Part shown: one piece after another, positions 9,197 through 18,209 of the stretch
Layout: each line of letters starts with the position of its first letter
Numbering within the stretch: position 1 is the stretch's first letter
Assembly (NCBI GenBank): GCA_963667285.1
Contig: OY763326.1
Location: forward strand, 879,068 to 943,067
Direction: 5' to 3'
Source: Alphaproteobacteria bacterium
GTDB lineage: Bacteria > Pseudomonadota > Alphaproteobacteria > MPNO01
DNA length: 64,000 nt
The notes under the pieces: model-generated
Databases searched by the model: none
What the model saw: only the letters and a program-made list of their open reading frames with translations
What the model was told of the DNA's origin: nothing
Made by a program: the position numbers and the translations under genes

Positions 9197-10642
9197 ATGG
9201 CCTTCGACGACCTCAGGGACTATCTCGCGGTGCTCGAGCAGCGCGGGCTGTTGCGCCGGGTGCGCGAGACGGTCGATCCGGAATGGGAGATCGGCTGTCT
9301 CGTCAAATGGGCGTTCCAGGGCCTGCCCGAGGACGAACGCTTCGGCCTGTTCTTCGAGCACGTCGCGGGCAGCGACATCCCGGCCGTGACCGGCGCGCTC
9401 GGCGCCTCGACCGAGGCCTATGCCACGGCGCTCGGGGTCGAGCCCGACGAGATCAACGCCAAATGGGAGCGCGCGCTGCGCAACCCGGTGCCGCCGGCCC
9501 GCGTCGACGAGGCGCCGTGCCAGGAGGTCGTGCACGAGGGCGGCGCGGTCGATCTGTCCCTGCTGCCGATCCCGGTCTGGACGCCGGGCAAGGACGCCGG
9601 GCGCTACATCACCACGATCGTCGCCACGAGCGACGCCGAGACCGGGGTCCAGAACCACGGCGTCTACCGCACCCTCGTTGCCGGCCGCGACCGGCTGGTC
9701 TGCAACCTCTCGCCGGGACGGCAGGGGCGGCTCTGCTGCGAGAGCCATCACGCGCTCGGCCGACCGGCGCCGATCGCCTTCGTCATCGGCGCCGAGCCCG
9801 CGGTCTATCTCGCGGCGGTCACCAACTTTCCCATCGGCGTCGACGAGGCGACGCTCGCCGGCGGCCTCAAGGAGGCGCCGGTCGAGACGGTGCGCGCGCG
9901 GACCGTCGACCTCGACGTGCCGGCCCGGGCCGAGATCGTGATCGAGGGGCTGGTCTATCCGGGCGAGACGGCGAAGGAGGGGCCGTTCGGCGAGTTCGCC
10001 GGCTATATGGGGCCGGTGTCCGACCGGCCGGTCGTGCGGGTCACCGCGATCACCCACCGCCGGGACCCGATCTTTTACGGCATCGCGAGCCAGATGCCGC
10101 CGAGCGAGAGCACGCTGATGCAGAGCCTCACCAACGCCGGCGCGCTACGCAAGGTGCTGCGCCACGACCTCGGCGAGCGCGGCGTGGAGGACGTCCATAT
10201 CGACCTCACCTTCGGCGGGCTGCTGGCGCATGCGATCGTCGCGATGCGCCCGCGCGTCGCGGGCGATGCGCAGCGGATCGGGCGGATCGTCGCCGCCATC
10301 GCGCCGGTCAAGCGGGTCACCGTGGTCGACCACAATGTCGACATCCGCGATCCGCTGCATCTCGACTGGGCGATGAACGCCCATTTCGACCCGGCGCGCG
10401 ATACCGTCCTGATCGATAACGTATTCGTGCCGATGTATATGGACCCGTCGGTCCGGGTGCGCGGCGGCAACACCGATCCCGGCAGCAAGATCGTCGTCGA
10501 CGCGACCCGCAGCATCGACGCGGGCGAGCTGTCGATCCCCTCGCGCCCGCTGATGGAGAAGGCGCTCGGAAGCTGGCGCAAGGCCGGGCTTCCGGAATTC
10601 GAGATCCCGAAACGGCTGGCCTTCCGTCTCGACGACGCGTGA
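9197..10642 (+). CDS. UbiD-family (prFMN-dependent) decarboxylase
   Basis: N-terminus MAFDDLRDYLAVLEQRGLLRRV is classic for UbiD. Full length 481 aa. No UbiX-like partner in the window. Confidence 0.85.
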   Translation: MAFDDLRDYLAVLEQRGLLRRVRETVDPEWEIGCLVKWAFQGLPEDERFGLFFEHVAGSDIPAVTGALGASTEAYATALGVEPDEINAKWERALRNPVPPARVDEAPCQEVVHEGGAVDLSLLPIPVWTPGKDAGRYITTIVATSDAETGVQNHGVYRTLVAGRDRLVCNLSPGRQGRLCCESHHALGRPAPIAFVIGAEPAVYLAAVTNFPIGVDEATLAGGLKEAPVETVRARTVDLDVPARAEIVIEGLVYPGETAKEGPFGEFAGYMGPVSDRPVVRVTAITHRRDPIFYGIASQMPPSESTLMQSLTNAGALRKVLRHDLGERGVEDVHIDLTFGGLLAHAIVAMRPRVAGDAQRIGRIVAAIAPVKRVTVVDHNVDIRDPLHLDWAMNAHFDPARDTVLIDNVFVPMYMDPSVRVRGGNTDPGSKIVVDATRSIDAGELSIPSRPLMEKALGSWRKAGLPEFEIPKRLAFRLDDA

Positions 10643-10709
10643 GACGCAGTTCCCGGCGCCGGCGCGGTTCTTCCGGTTTCCGCGCGGCGGTGCTCCCCGC
10701 CCCGCCGGT

Positions 10710-12029
10710 TCAGCCGCCGAAGAGCAGGGTCGGCAGGTAGAGCGCGGCAGGCGGGAACAACGCCACGACCGCCAGCACGATGAGCTGGCAGACCACGAAG
10801 GGCACCACCCCGCGGAACATCTCGCCGTAAGTGATTTCCGGCGGCGCAATCGCCCTCAGATAGTAGATGGAAGGGGCCACCGGCGGCGTGAGGTAGGACG
10901 TCTGGATGACGATGCAGACCATGATCCCGAACCATATCGGGTCGATGCCCACGCTCCTGATCAGGGGCGTGAAGATCGGCATGCAGATCAGCACGATCGA
11001 GACCCAGTCGAGGATGAAGCCCAGCACGAAGAACACCGCGAGCATCAGGATCGTCAGCTCGACGGGGCCCGGCTTGAAGGTATCGAGAAAGACGCGGATC
11101 AGGTCGTTGCCGCCATTGACCATGAAGATCGCGGAGAACATCACGCCGCCCAGCACGGTGAACATGACCATCACGTTCACCCGAATGGCGCGTTCGACGA
11201 CCTGCATGGCGACGTCCCAAGACATCCGCCCGTAGGCGACGATCAGCGCGACCGCACCGAACGCCCCGACGGCTGCGGCTTCGGTGGGCGAGGCGATGCC
11301 GGCAAGAATGGATCCGAGGACGGCGACGATCAGGATGATCGCCGGGACCAGCGCGACCACGGTAATGCGCAGCTTTTCGATAGTCGGGACGCGCATCTCT
11401 TCGGCCTCGACCGCCGGGCCATCCTCGGGCCTGAGATGGCAGCGCAGCGCGATGTAGACCATGAACAGAAAGGTCATCAGCAGGCCGGGGATCACGACGC
11501 CGGCGAACAGGTCGCCGATCGATTCCTCCACCACAGACCCGTAGACCACGACCACGACGGTCGGCGGGATGATGGTGCCGAGCGAACCGCCCGCGCAAAT
11601 CGTCCCCGAGATCAGATCGTGCTTGTAGCGCTGCTTGATCATCGGCGGGATGGCCATCATGCCGACAACCGTCTCGACCGCTCCGACGACGCCGGAGCAG
11701 GCGGCGAAAATGCTGCACATGGAAATCGACGTCAGGGCCAGCCCGCCGCGGAGCCTGCCGATCCACAGCTGGATCGCGTGGAACAGCCTGTCGGCGATGC
11801 CCGAGCGCTCCAGCGCGCTGCCCATGAAGACGAACAGGGGCAGTGCCGTCAGCACATAGTTCGACGACACGTCCTTCAGACGGCTGAACATCTGCGGGCC
11901 GAGCGTGTCGCCGAAAAACCAGAACCCGAACGCGAAGGAGAGCCCGATCATGCTGAACGCGACGGGTATGCCCATGAACACGAGAAGGAAGAGCGCGGGG
12001 AACATCCAGATTGCGGGAATGTCCAGCAT
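10710..12029 (-). CDS. dctM: TRAP transporter large permease (DctM family)
   Basis: 439-aa polytopic membrane protein with DctM motifs. Downstream of dctQ and dctP on the same strand. Confidence 0.9.
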   Translation of the reverse strand: MLDIPAIWMFPALFLLVFMGIPVAFSMIGLSFAFGFWFFGDTLGPQMFSRLKDVSSNYVLTALPLFVFMGSALERSGIADRLFHAIQLWIGRLRGGLALTSISMCSIFAACSGVVGAVETVVGMMAIPPMIKQRYKHDLISGTICAGGSLGTIIPPTVVVVVYGSVVEESIGDLFAGVVIPGLLMTFLFMVYIALRCHLRPEDGPAVEAEEMRVPTIEKLRITVVALVPAIILIVAVLGSILAGIASPTEAAAVGAFGAVALIVAYGRMSWDVAMQVVERAIRVNVMVMFTVLGGVMFSAIFMVNGGNDLIRVFLDTFKPGPVELTILMLAVFFVLGFILDWVSIVLICMPIFTPLIRSVGIDPIWFGIMVCIVIQTSYLTPPVAPSIYYLRAIAPPEITYGEMFRGVVPFVVCQLIVLAVVALFPPAALYLPTLLFGG

Positions 12030-12053
12030 GACCGCGCCGCGCCCCGCCGGCCC

Positions 12054-12587
12054 CTATTCCCGTTCGCCGATTGCGCGACGGCGGGCCGCAAGGACGCCGG
12101 CCCCGTGCCGCACGGTCTCCACGCAGGCCTGCAGCCAGAGCGCGAACAGACCGATGGCAAGCGCGGTATAGAACGGCCAGACTATCGGCGCCCACGCGCT
12201 CACGAGCTCTACCTCATCGGTGACGAATGCCGAATAGCTCCGCCGAAACGCGGCGTCGGCGACGATCCAGATCGCCGGAATGAACAGGCAGACATATGAC
12301 AGGATATTGGCGATGTGCTGCACCGGCATCGGCAGGCGGCTCGAAAGGACATCGATGCGGACATGCACATTCTTCTGCAGCCCGTAAGCGCCGGTCAGCA
12401 TGAACAGGGCCCCGTGCACCATGAAGGTGATGTCGAAGGCCCAGATCGTCGGTGCGTTGAACGCGTAGCGGGCGACGACCTCGTACAGCCCGACAAGGAT
12501 AAGCGCCGGGAAGAGAGCGAACCCGGCGTAGCTCGCGAGCCGCGCCGGGGCGTCGGCCCATTTGTCTGCCAGAGAGAGGATCCCCAT
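12054..12587 (-). CDS. dctQ: TRAP transporter small permease (DctQ family)
   Basis: Start taken at MGILSLADKW (ATG at 12585-12587). Four predicted TM segments. The upstream part of the track ORF is a non-coding artefact. Confidence 0.8.
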   Translation of the reverse strand: MGILSLADKWADAPARLASYAGFALFPALILVGLYEVVARYAFNAPTIWAFDITFMVHGALFMLTGAYGLQKNVHVRIDVLSSRLPMPVQHIANILSYVCLFIPAIWIVADAAFRRSYSAFVTDEVELVSAWAPIVWPFYTALAIGLFALWLQACVETVRHGAGVLAARRRAIGERE

Positions 12588-12645
12588 CGGTCGCCCAGGG
12601 GGCGGGCGGGGCTGGCGCCTCACCCGCCCGACCGCGGCCTGGCGG

Positions 12646-13707
12646 CTATTGCCGGTCGATGACGAGATACTTGGAGTTCTTCGACCAGGACTCCTGGAAG
12701 GCGTAGAAGCTCTTGGCAAACTTCTCCATCCATGGATTTCCCTTGGCGTTTTGCTCCTTCACCTTGGCGTCGGCCCATTCCCGTCCGGCCTTGCGCACGG
12801 CGTCGATGAACTCGGGCGACAGTTCGACCAGCTCGTTTGCCGGCGAGGCATCCATCTCGGCCATCGCCCTGGCGTTGTTGACGTTGAGCGTCGCATAGGA
12901 GCGGATCATCACCGAGTCGCAGACCATCTGCATCTTGGCCTGGATATCCCTCGGCAGCGCATCCCAACTCTCTTTTCGCATCAGAATTTCGTAGAGGCCG
13001 CCCGGTGCGTGAATGCCGGGGTAGATGACGTATTTGGCGACCTTCTGAAAGCCGAGGGAGTAGTTTCCGTAGGGATCGAGATATTCGGCGCCGTCCACGG
13101 CCTTGCGCTCGAGCATGGTGAAGACCTCGGGCCCGGGTACCAGCGTCGGCGCGGCGCCCAGCTTGCGCATGACGAACGTGTTCGCCCCCGCCGTGCGGTA
13201 GCGGAACCCCTTGAGGTCGGCGAGCGACTGCACCTTCTTGTGAGAATTCGCAAACAGCTCCGAACCGATGATGCCGCAGAACATGCCGTGATAGCCGAGG
13301 CTGTGGCGATAGTCGGTCCACAATTGCTCGCCGCCGCCGCCCAGCACCCAAAGGAGCTTGGCGTGGGGCCCCATCCCGCCCGGGATGTCGCCGATGAACG
13401 CCGAGGCGGGCAGTTCGTTGATCTCGAAACCGGGGTAATGATAGGCCATGTCGGCCCGGCGATCCTTCACCGCCCGGTGCGCCTCGAAGATGCTCGCCAG
13501 AACGAAGGCGCCGTAAGGCTTGATCACGACGGCGCCGTCGGTCGCGATCCTGACCTTCTCGGTGAACGCTTGCGGATAGAGCTTCCAGGTCACGGTGCCT
13601 TCGGGCACGAAGCTGGTCAATTTGAACTGGAACTTGGACTGCGCGGCAGCGTCCGCCGTCACGGCGAGCGAAAGCGCGCCCGTCAATGCGATCAGTGTCT
13701 TGCGCAT
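12646..13707 (-). CDS. dctP: TRAP transporter substrate-binding protein (DctP family)
   Basis: Start at MRKTLIALTGALSLAVTADAAAQ (signal peptide). DctP-like body. Confidence 0.85.
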   Translation of the reverse strand: MRKTLIALTGALSLAVTADAAAQSKFQFKLTSFVPEGTVTWKLYPQAFTEKVRIATDGAVVIKPYGAFVLASIFEAHRAVKDRRADMAYHYPGFEINELPASAFIGDIPGGMGPHAKLLWVLGGGGEQLWTDYRHSLGYHGMFCGIIGSELFANSHKKVQSLADLKGFRYRTAGANTFVMRKLGAAPTLVPGPEVFTMLERKAVDGAEYLDPYGNYSLGFQKVAKYVIYPGIHAPGGLYEILMRKESWDALPRDIQAKMQMVCDSVMIRSYATLNVNNARAMAEMDASPANELVELSPEFIDAVRKAGREWADAKVKEQNAKGNPWMEKFAKSFYAFQESWSKNSKYLVIDRQ

Positions 13708-13849
13708 GGCCACACCCTCCCCTTCTTGTATCTTGCCGGTCTGACGCCGACTGGCCGGCATCCGGTTGCAAGAATCGGTCGGAACGGGTCCGCGGCCACG
13801 ACGGCGTCCGGGGGATTGTACGGCAGTCGCCGCACCCGGTCGACCGGGA

Positions 13850-15265
13850 TCAGGGGAACAGCTCGGCCATTCGGCCGGCCAGACGGTGGAGCCGCCGATT
13901 GCGCTCGAGGATCCGCGACATCATCGGCGCGGCCTCCCGGAGGATCGCTTCGGCGTCGAAGGCGACGATCCGGCCGTCCGCCACCACCACCCGACCGTCC
14001 ACCAGCACCGTTTCGACGGAGCTCCCGTTCTCGGCGAATACCAGCTGGCTCGACGGATCGTTCACCGGCACCCACCAGGGTGCGTCCAGCCGGTAAAGGA
14101 CGAGGTCGGCCCGCTTGCCGACCTCGATCGAGCCGACGGCCCCGGATTGCAGGATCGCCGCGGCGCCGCCGGCGGTCGCCATGCGCAGGACATCCGTCGC
14201 TCCCGGCCAGCGCGCGCGCTCCGGCAGCGCCGGCCGGTGGAGGATCGCCGCCAGGCGCAACGCCTCGTGCATGATCAGATTGTCGTTGGTCCCCGCGCCG
14301 TCCGTGCCGAGCGCGATCGTCACCCCCCTCGCCATCATCTCGGGGATCGGAGCCGTCCCCGCCCCGATCTTCAGGTTGCTCTCCGGATTGTGTACGACGA
14401 CCGACCCGCCATCCGCGAGACGCCCTATGTCGTCGTCGTCCAGCCATATCGAATGGGCGAGGGAGAGCCTGCGGTCGAGCAAGCCCAGCCGGTCCAGGTG
14501 CTCGACCATCGTGCATCCGTACATGCCCTGCGCGATATCCGCCTGGACACGCGACTCCAGGAGGTGGGTGTGAACGCCGAGATCGTACCGTTCCGCCAGA
14601 TCGCGGCACATGACAAGCGCCGCGTCGGTGCAGCGCTCCGGGTTGGACGGGGCCGGAAACACCGCGAGCCTGCCGTCCACGCCGTGCCAGCGTTGGACCG
14701 CGTCGACCGTCAGCGCGCGCACCTCTTCGAGCGGCACCGGCTTCAGCGGATCGAGCGCGTCGATCTCCGCCGCCACCTCGCGCGGTATCGCGCCGTCTTC
14801 TGGCAGGATGTCGGCGAAAGCCGCGTCGTAGAACCTGAGACCGAGCACCGCCCGCATTCCGGAATCGCGGTAGGCGCCCATCGCCGCATCCACGTCGTCC
14901 ATCGTGCAGGCCTGGCCGGGGAAATGATCGAGCACGGCGGTGGTCCCGCTCAACAGCATCTGGATGCAGCCGAGCATCGCGCTGACATACACTTCGCGCG
15001 GCGTCCTGTTCGCCGTGTAGGCCTGGTTCATCCACATGAACGCCGGGTGGCTCAGGCGATCGCCCGTACCCTGGATCAGGTTGGCCGGGGAATGCGTATG
15101 CGCGTTCACGAAACCGGGCGCGAGCAACCGCCCGCGCCCCTCGATCACCCGATCGTAGTCGTCTGCCCCGGCGCCGGCGTCCGGCCCGATCGCGGAGATT
15201 TCACCCTTGGAGACGACGACATTCGCCGTCTCGTGAACGACATTGTCCCGGCCGAGCGAGAGGAC
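13850..15265 (-). CDS. Amidohydrolase, ATZ/TRZ-like deaminase/chlorohydrolase family
   Basis: GFVNAHTHS metal-ligand motif. Size about 470 aa. Typical of the cytosine/guanine-deaminase-like amidohydrolase subfamily. The start may be an upstream GTG/TTG. Confidence 0.8.
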   Translation of the reverse strand, partial: VLSLGRDNVVHETANVVVSKGEISAIGPDAGAGADDYDRVIEGRGRLLAPGFVNAHTHSPANLIQGTGDRLSHPAFMWMNQAYTANRTPREVYVSAMLGCIQMLLSGTTAVLDHFPGQACTMDDVDAAMGAYRDSGMRAVLGLRFYDAAFADILPEDGAIPREVAAEIDALDPLKPVPLEEVRALTVDAVQRWHGVDGRLAVFPAPSNPERCTDAALVMCRDLAERYDLGVHTHLLESRVQADIAQGMYGCTMVEHLDRLGLLDRRLSLAHSIWLDDDDIGRLADGGSVVVHNPESNLKIGAGTAPIPEMMARGVTIALGTDGAGTNDNLIMHEALRLAAILHRPALPERARWPGATDVLRMATAGGAAAILQSGAVGSIEVGKRADLVLYRLDAPWWVPVNDPSSQLVFAENGSSVETVLVDGRVVVADGRIVAFDAEAILREAAPMMSRILERNRRLHRLAGRMAELFP

Positions 15266-15590
15266 CATCGCGTCACGGATCAGAATGCTCTCCCGGGTGG
15301 CCAAGCCGTTCTCCCTTGTTGCCGAACGAGCTTGTCTTCGCGGGCCGCATACGGCAACCCTGCCGGGGCCGGCGGCCTGCGATCCCGACGGTCGAGGCCT
15401 CACCTGCCGTCTTTACCGAGAGGCGGGGCGGTTTGTCGCGCCCCGCGAACCGGCGGCAGCGGACACGTCCTCCGGCGGTCCCGGCCCACCGCCTTCTGGA
15501 CGGCGCGGCCTGCATCGTTGCCCGCGTTTCGACCGGTGCCTAAACTCGGGCCTTCGTTCGAGCCGCGCATGTTCACCAATTGAGGGCGCG

Positions 15591-16430
15591 ATGGATACCG
15601 TTGTCGAGCCTCGGGACCGGGTCGTCGATGTCGACGGCCTGTCGATGCATTACCTGGACTGGGGCGACCCGGCGAAGCCGGCGATCGTGCTGCTGCACGG
15701 GCTGCGCGGCCATGCCCATTCCTGGGACGACGTCTCGTTGGCGCTGTGCCGCGATCTCCGGGTGCTCGCGCTGGATCAGCGCGGCCGCGGTCTGACCGAC
15801 TGGGCGCGCGACGGCGATTACGGCGTCGATGCCTTCGTCGGCGACCTCGTGGGGTTCCACCGCGCGCTGGGTCTCGAAAAATTCATCCTGATGGGCCATT
15901 CCATGGGCGCGCGCAACGCCATGGCCTTCGCCGGCCGGTACCCGCACATGCTGGAAAAACTCGTGCTCAGCGAGTTCGGCCCCGAGATCAATCCCGTGGG
16001 CGCGCAGCGGATCGGCAAGGAACTGATCGACGTGCCGGAGGAATTCGACACCGTCGACGATGCGATCGCCTATATGGCGCAGCTCAACCGCTTTGCCTCG
16101 GAAGCGGTAATGCGGCGGCGCGAGCTCCACGCCACCCGGGAGCTGCCGAACGGCAGGATCGGCTGGCGCTACGACATCGAGATCCGCGCGGCGCGGCGCC
16201 GGGGCGACCCGGTCGCGCCGCTCGACTTGTGGCCGGCCTTGCCGCAGATCGCCTGCCCCACCCTGGTCGTTCGCGCGACGGAAACCGATATCCTCGACCG
16301 CGACGTCGCCCGGAGGATGATCGAGACCTTGCCCGACGGCCGGCTGGTCGAGATCGAACGCGCCGAGCACATGGTGTTCGAAGACAACCCGGAAGACTTT
16401 ATCGCCACGGTTCGCGACTTCCTCGTCTGA
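15591..16430 (+). CDS. Alpha/beta-fold hydrolase
   Basis: HGLRGHAHSWD oxyanion/HG motif and GHSMGA nucleophile elbow. 279 aa. Confidence 0.8.
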   Translation: MDTVVEPRDRVVDVDGLSMHYLDWGDPAKPAIVLLHGLRGHAHSWDDVSLALCRDLRVLALDQRGRGLTDWARDGDYGVDAFVGDLVGFHRALGLEKFILMGHSMGARNAMAFAGRYPHMLEKLVLSEFGPEINPVGAQRIGKELIDVPEEFDTVDDAIAYMAQLNRFASEAVMRRRELHATRELPNGRIGWRYDIEIRAARRRGDPVAPLDLWPALPQIACPTLVVRATETDILDRDVARRMIETLPDGRLVEIERAEHMVFEDNPEDFIATVRDFLV

Positions 16431-16506
16431 CGACCGTTGCACCGGGCGCCGGGCTATCGTCCGCCCGCTGTAGCCGACGCGCGGTGCGGCCGCGCAGGCT
16501 TCGTTC

Positions 16507-16900
16507 CCGGCTCACCGTCACCGAGGACACCTACGGCATTCACGACATGGAATACGGCATGTGTTCCGCCTGGGTGTACGAGAACATGGGCGACGCCTAT
16601 GACAGCCTCGACGAGGGCTTCACGATCGGAGGCCCGCTCGGCTATCCCTCCTTCGGGTGCTACGAGGTGCTGCAGAAGGCCCTGAGCGGGTATCCCATCG
16701 AACCGGAGAATATTCCCGAGACCTTCAACATATTTCAGACCCTGGCTTTCGAAATGCCCGAAGGGACGTTTCGGACCCAGGAAGGGCGCAGCAAGCCCGG
16801 CGACTTCATCGAATTCGTTGCGCGCATGGATACGCTATGCGCCGTGAGCGCCTGCCCCGCAGCCGGCAGGCCGCTGAGGGTCCAGGTCTACGAACCCTGA
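16507..16900 (+). pseudogene. 5'-truncated remnant of a DUF1989 (urea-carboxylase-associated) family gene
   Basis: About 130 C-terminal codons (TEDTYGIHDMEYGMCSAWVYEN...FVARMDTLCAVSACP...LRVQVYEP). They are about 65% identical by eye to the C-terminal two-thirds of the intact DUF1989 gene at 34751-35377. The N-terminal about 75 codons are absent, and there is no room for them after the preceding gene. Confidence 0.6.
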
Positions 16901-16988
16901 ATTGCGGCCAGGGAAACGGGCGGTATCGGTGCCGCGGCGATCCGTGCTTAGATCGGCGCCGACGGACCATGAAGCGGAGGATCGATCG

Positions 16989-18131
16989 ATGGGCGAGACG
17001 ACCGCGTATCTTTCCCCGAACGGAGACAATTCGAGCCGGGGCGACGGGCCGGCGACCCGTCTTGTGGTGGCGACGGTGGAAGGTGTCGCGACCTTTCGGC
17101 GCGAGGGCCGGGGTGCGCCGTGGCATCTGGCCGATCGCTCGCTGTCGGAGTGCCATGTCGGATCGCTGCTCTTCGAGCCGGTCTCGGGCAAGCTGTTCGC
17201 CGGCGCCCATGCCGATGGCGGGCTGTGGGTCAGGGACGGCGAGGTCGGCGCGTGGCGCCGGCTGACCGACGGGCTCGACCGGCCGCACATATACTGCCTC
17301 GCCGCGCGCCGGATCGGCGACCGGGTGACGCTGTTCGCCGGTACCGAGCCCGCCGCGCTCTACCGCAGCGAGGATTTCGGCGAGACCTGGGGTGAGGTGG
17401 AAAGCCTGCGCGCGGTCCCCGGCACGGACAAATGGACGTTTCCGCCGCCGCCGCATCTGGCGCATGTCAAGTCGGTCGTCTTCCACCCGGCGCGGGAGCG
17501 GACATTCTATGCCCTGGTCGAGCAGGGCGCGCTGCTGCAGACCGACGACGACGGCCGCACCTGGACCGAGCTCGCCGGCTATGCCGGCGCCGGCGATATC
17601 GCCTATCACGACGTCCACCGGCTGGTGATCAGCGCGAACGACCCGCGTCTGTTCTATCTCGCCACCGGTGAGGGGCTCTACCGCAGCGGCGATGGCGGCC
17701 GGAGCTGGGAGCACCTGATGAAGCGGGCCGAGCGGATCGGCTATCCCGACTTCCTGTTCTTCGATCCGCGCGACGACGACACGCTGTTCCTGGGCGGGGC
17801 GCGCAACGATCCGGGCAAGTGGTTCGGCGATCCGATGGCCGATTCGATCATCGCGCGCAGCACCGACGGCGGCCGCACCTGGCTCGAGCTCGATCACGGC
17901 ATGCCGAGCCCGATGGCACCGGCATTCGAGGCGCTCTGCCTGCACCATTGGGACGGCGGCATGATGCTCGCCGTGGGCACCGCGACGGGGGAGGTCTATG
18001 TCAGCGAGGACGACGGCGGGTCGTGGAGCTGCATCGAGGACAACGCGGGACCGGTCTCCAAGGACCACCACCACCTCGCCTGGTACCCGAAGGCCGAGCG
18101 CGAGGCCGCGATGGCGCTGCGCCGCGCCTGA
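16989..18131 (+). CDS. BNR/Asp-box repeat protein (Ycf48-/sialidase-like beta-propeller)
   Basis: Five S-x-D-x-G-x-T/S-W Asp-box motifs (SEDFGETW, TDDDGRTW, SGDGGRSW, STDGGRTW, SEDDGGSW). Paralog of the gene at 25902-26900. Confidence 0.65.
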   Translation: MGETTAYLSPNGDNSSRGDGPATRLVVATVEGVATFRREGRGAPWHLADRSLSECHVGSLLFEPVSGKLFAGAHADGGLWVRDGEVGAWRRLTDGLDRPHIYCLAARRIGDRVTLFAGTEPAALYRSEDFGETWGEVESLRAVPGTDKWTFPPPPHLAHVKSVVFHPARERTFYALVEQGALLQTDDDGRTWTELAGYAGAGDIAYHDVHRLVISANDPRLFYLATGEGLYRSGDGGRSWEHLMKRAERIGYPDFLFFDPRDDDTLFLGGARNDPGKWFGDPMADSIIARSTDGGRTWLELDHGMPSPMAPAFEALCLHHWDGGMMLAVGTATGEVYVSEDDGGSWSCIEDNAGPVSKDHHHLAWYPKAEREAAMALRRA

Positions 18132-18148
18132 ACGGCGCAGGCGGGTCA

Positions 18149-18180
18149 CGCGTCGGTGTGGAAACCCCTGCGCCGACGCG
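18149..18180. terminator. Stem-loop between convergent genes (cgcgtcgg ... ccgacgcg)
   Basis: 8-bp perfect inverted repeat with a 16-nt loop in the 78-bp convergent gap. No U-tract. Confidence 0.2.
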
Positions 18181-18209
18181 ATCCGCGCTTCCGGCCAAGA
18201 CGCATAGGC

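Noticed and set aside
9116-10642. ORFs 9116-10057 (-), 9283-10419 (+) and 9420-9941 (+) overlapping the UbiD gene
   Set aside because: They are alternate-frame or antisense artefacts. The UbiD frame has the diagnostic N-terminus and full-length family pattern.
10075-14274. 706-aa ORF 10075-12195 (-), 12562-14274 (+) and 12620-13771 (-)
   Set aside because: They overlap the dctM/dctQ/dctP genes in other frames. The translations are low-complexity and lack TM helices or binding-protein features.
15746-16900. 384-aa ORF spanning the hydrolase and DUF1989 remnant in one frame
   Set aside because: Only the last about 130 codons are homologous to DUF1989. The upstream part reads through the alpha/beta hydrolase in a wrong frame. 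It is treated as a truncated pseudogene rather than a 384-aa protein.
16806-18149. 447-aa ORF antisense to the BNR-repeat gene, and the 18001-18924 ORF
   Set aside because: No domain signal. Opposite-strand overlap with a gene that carries five Asp-box motifs.
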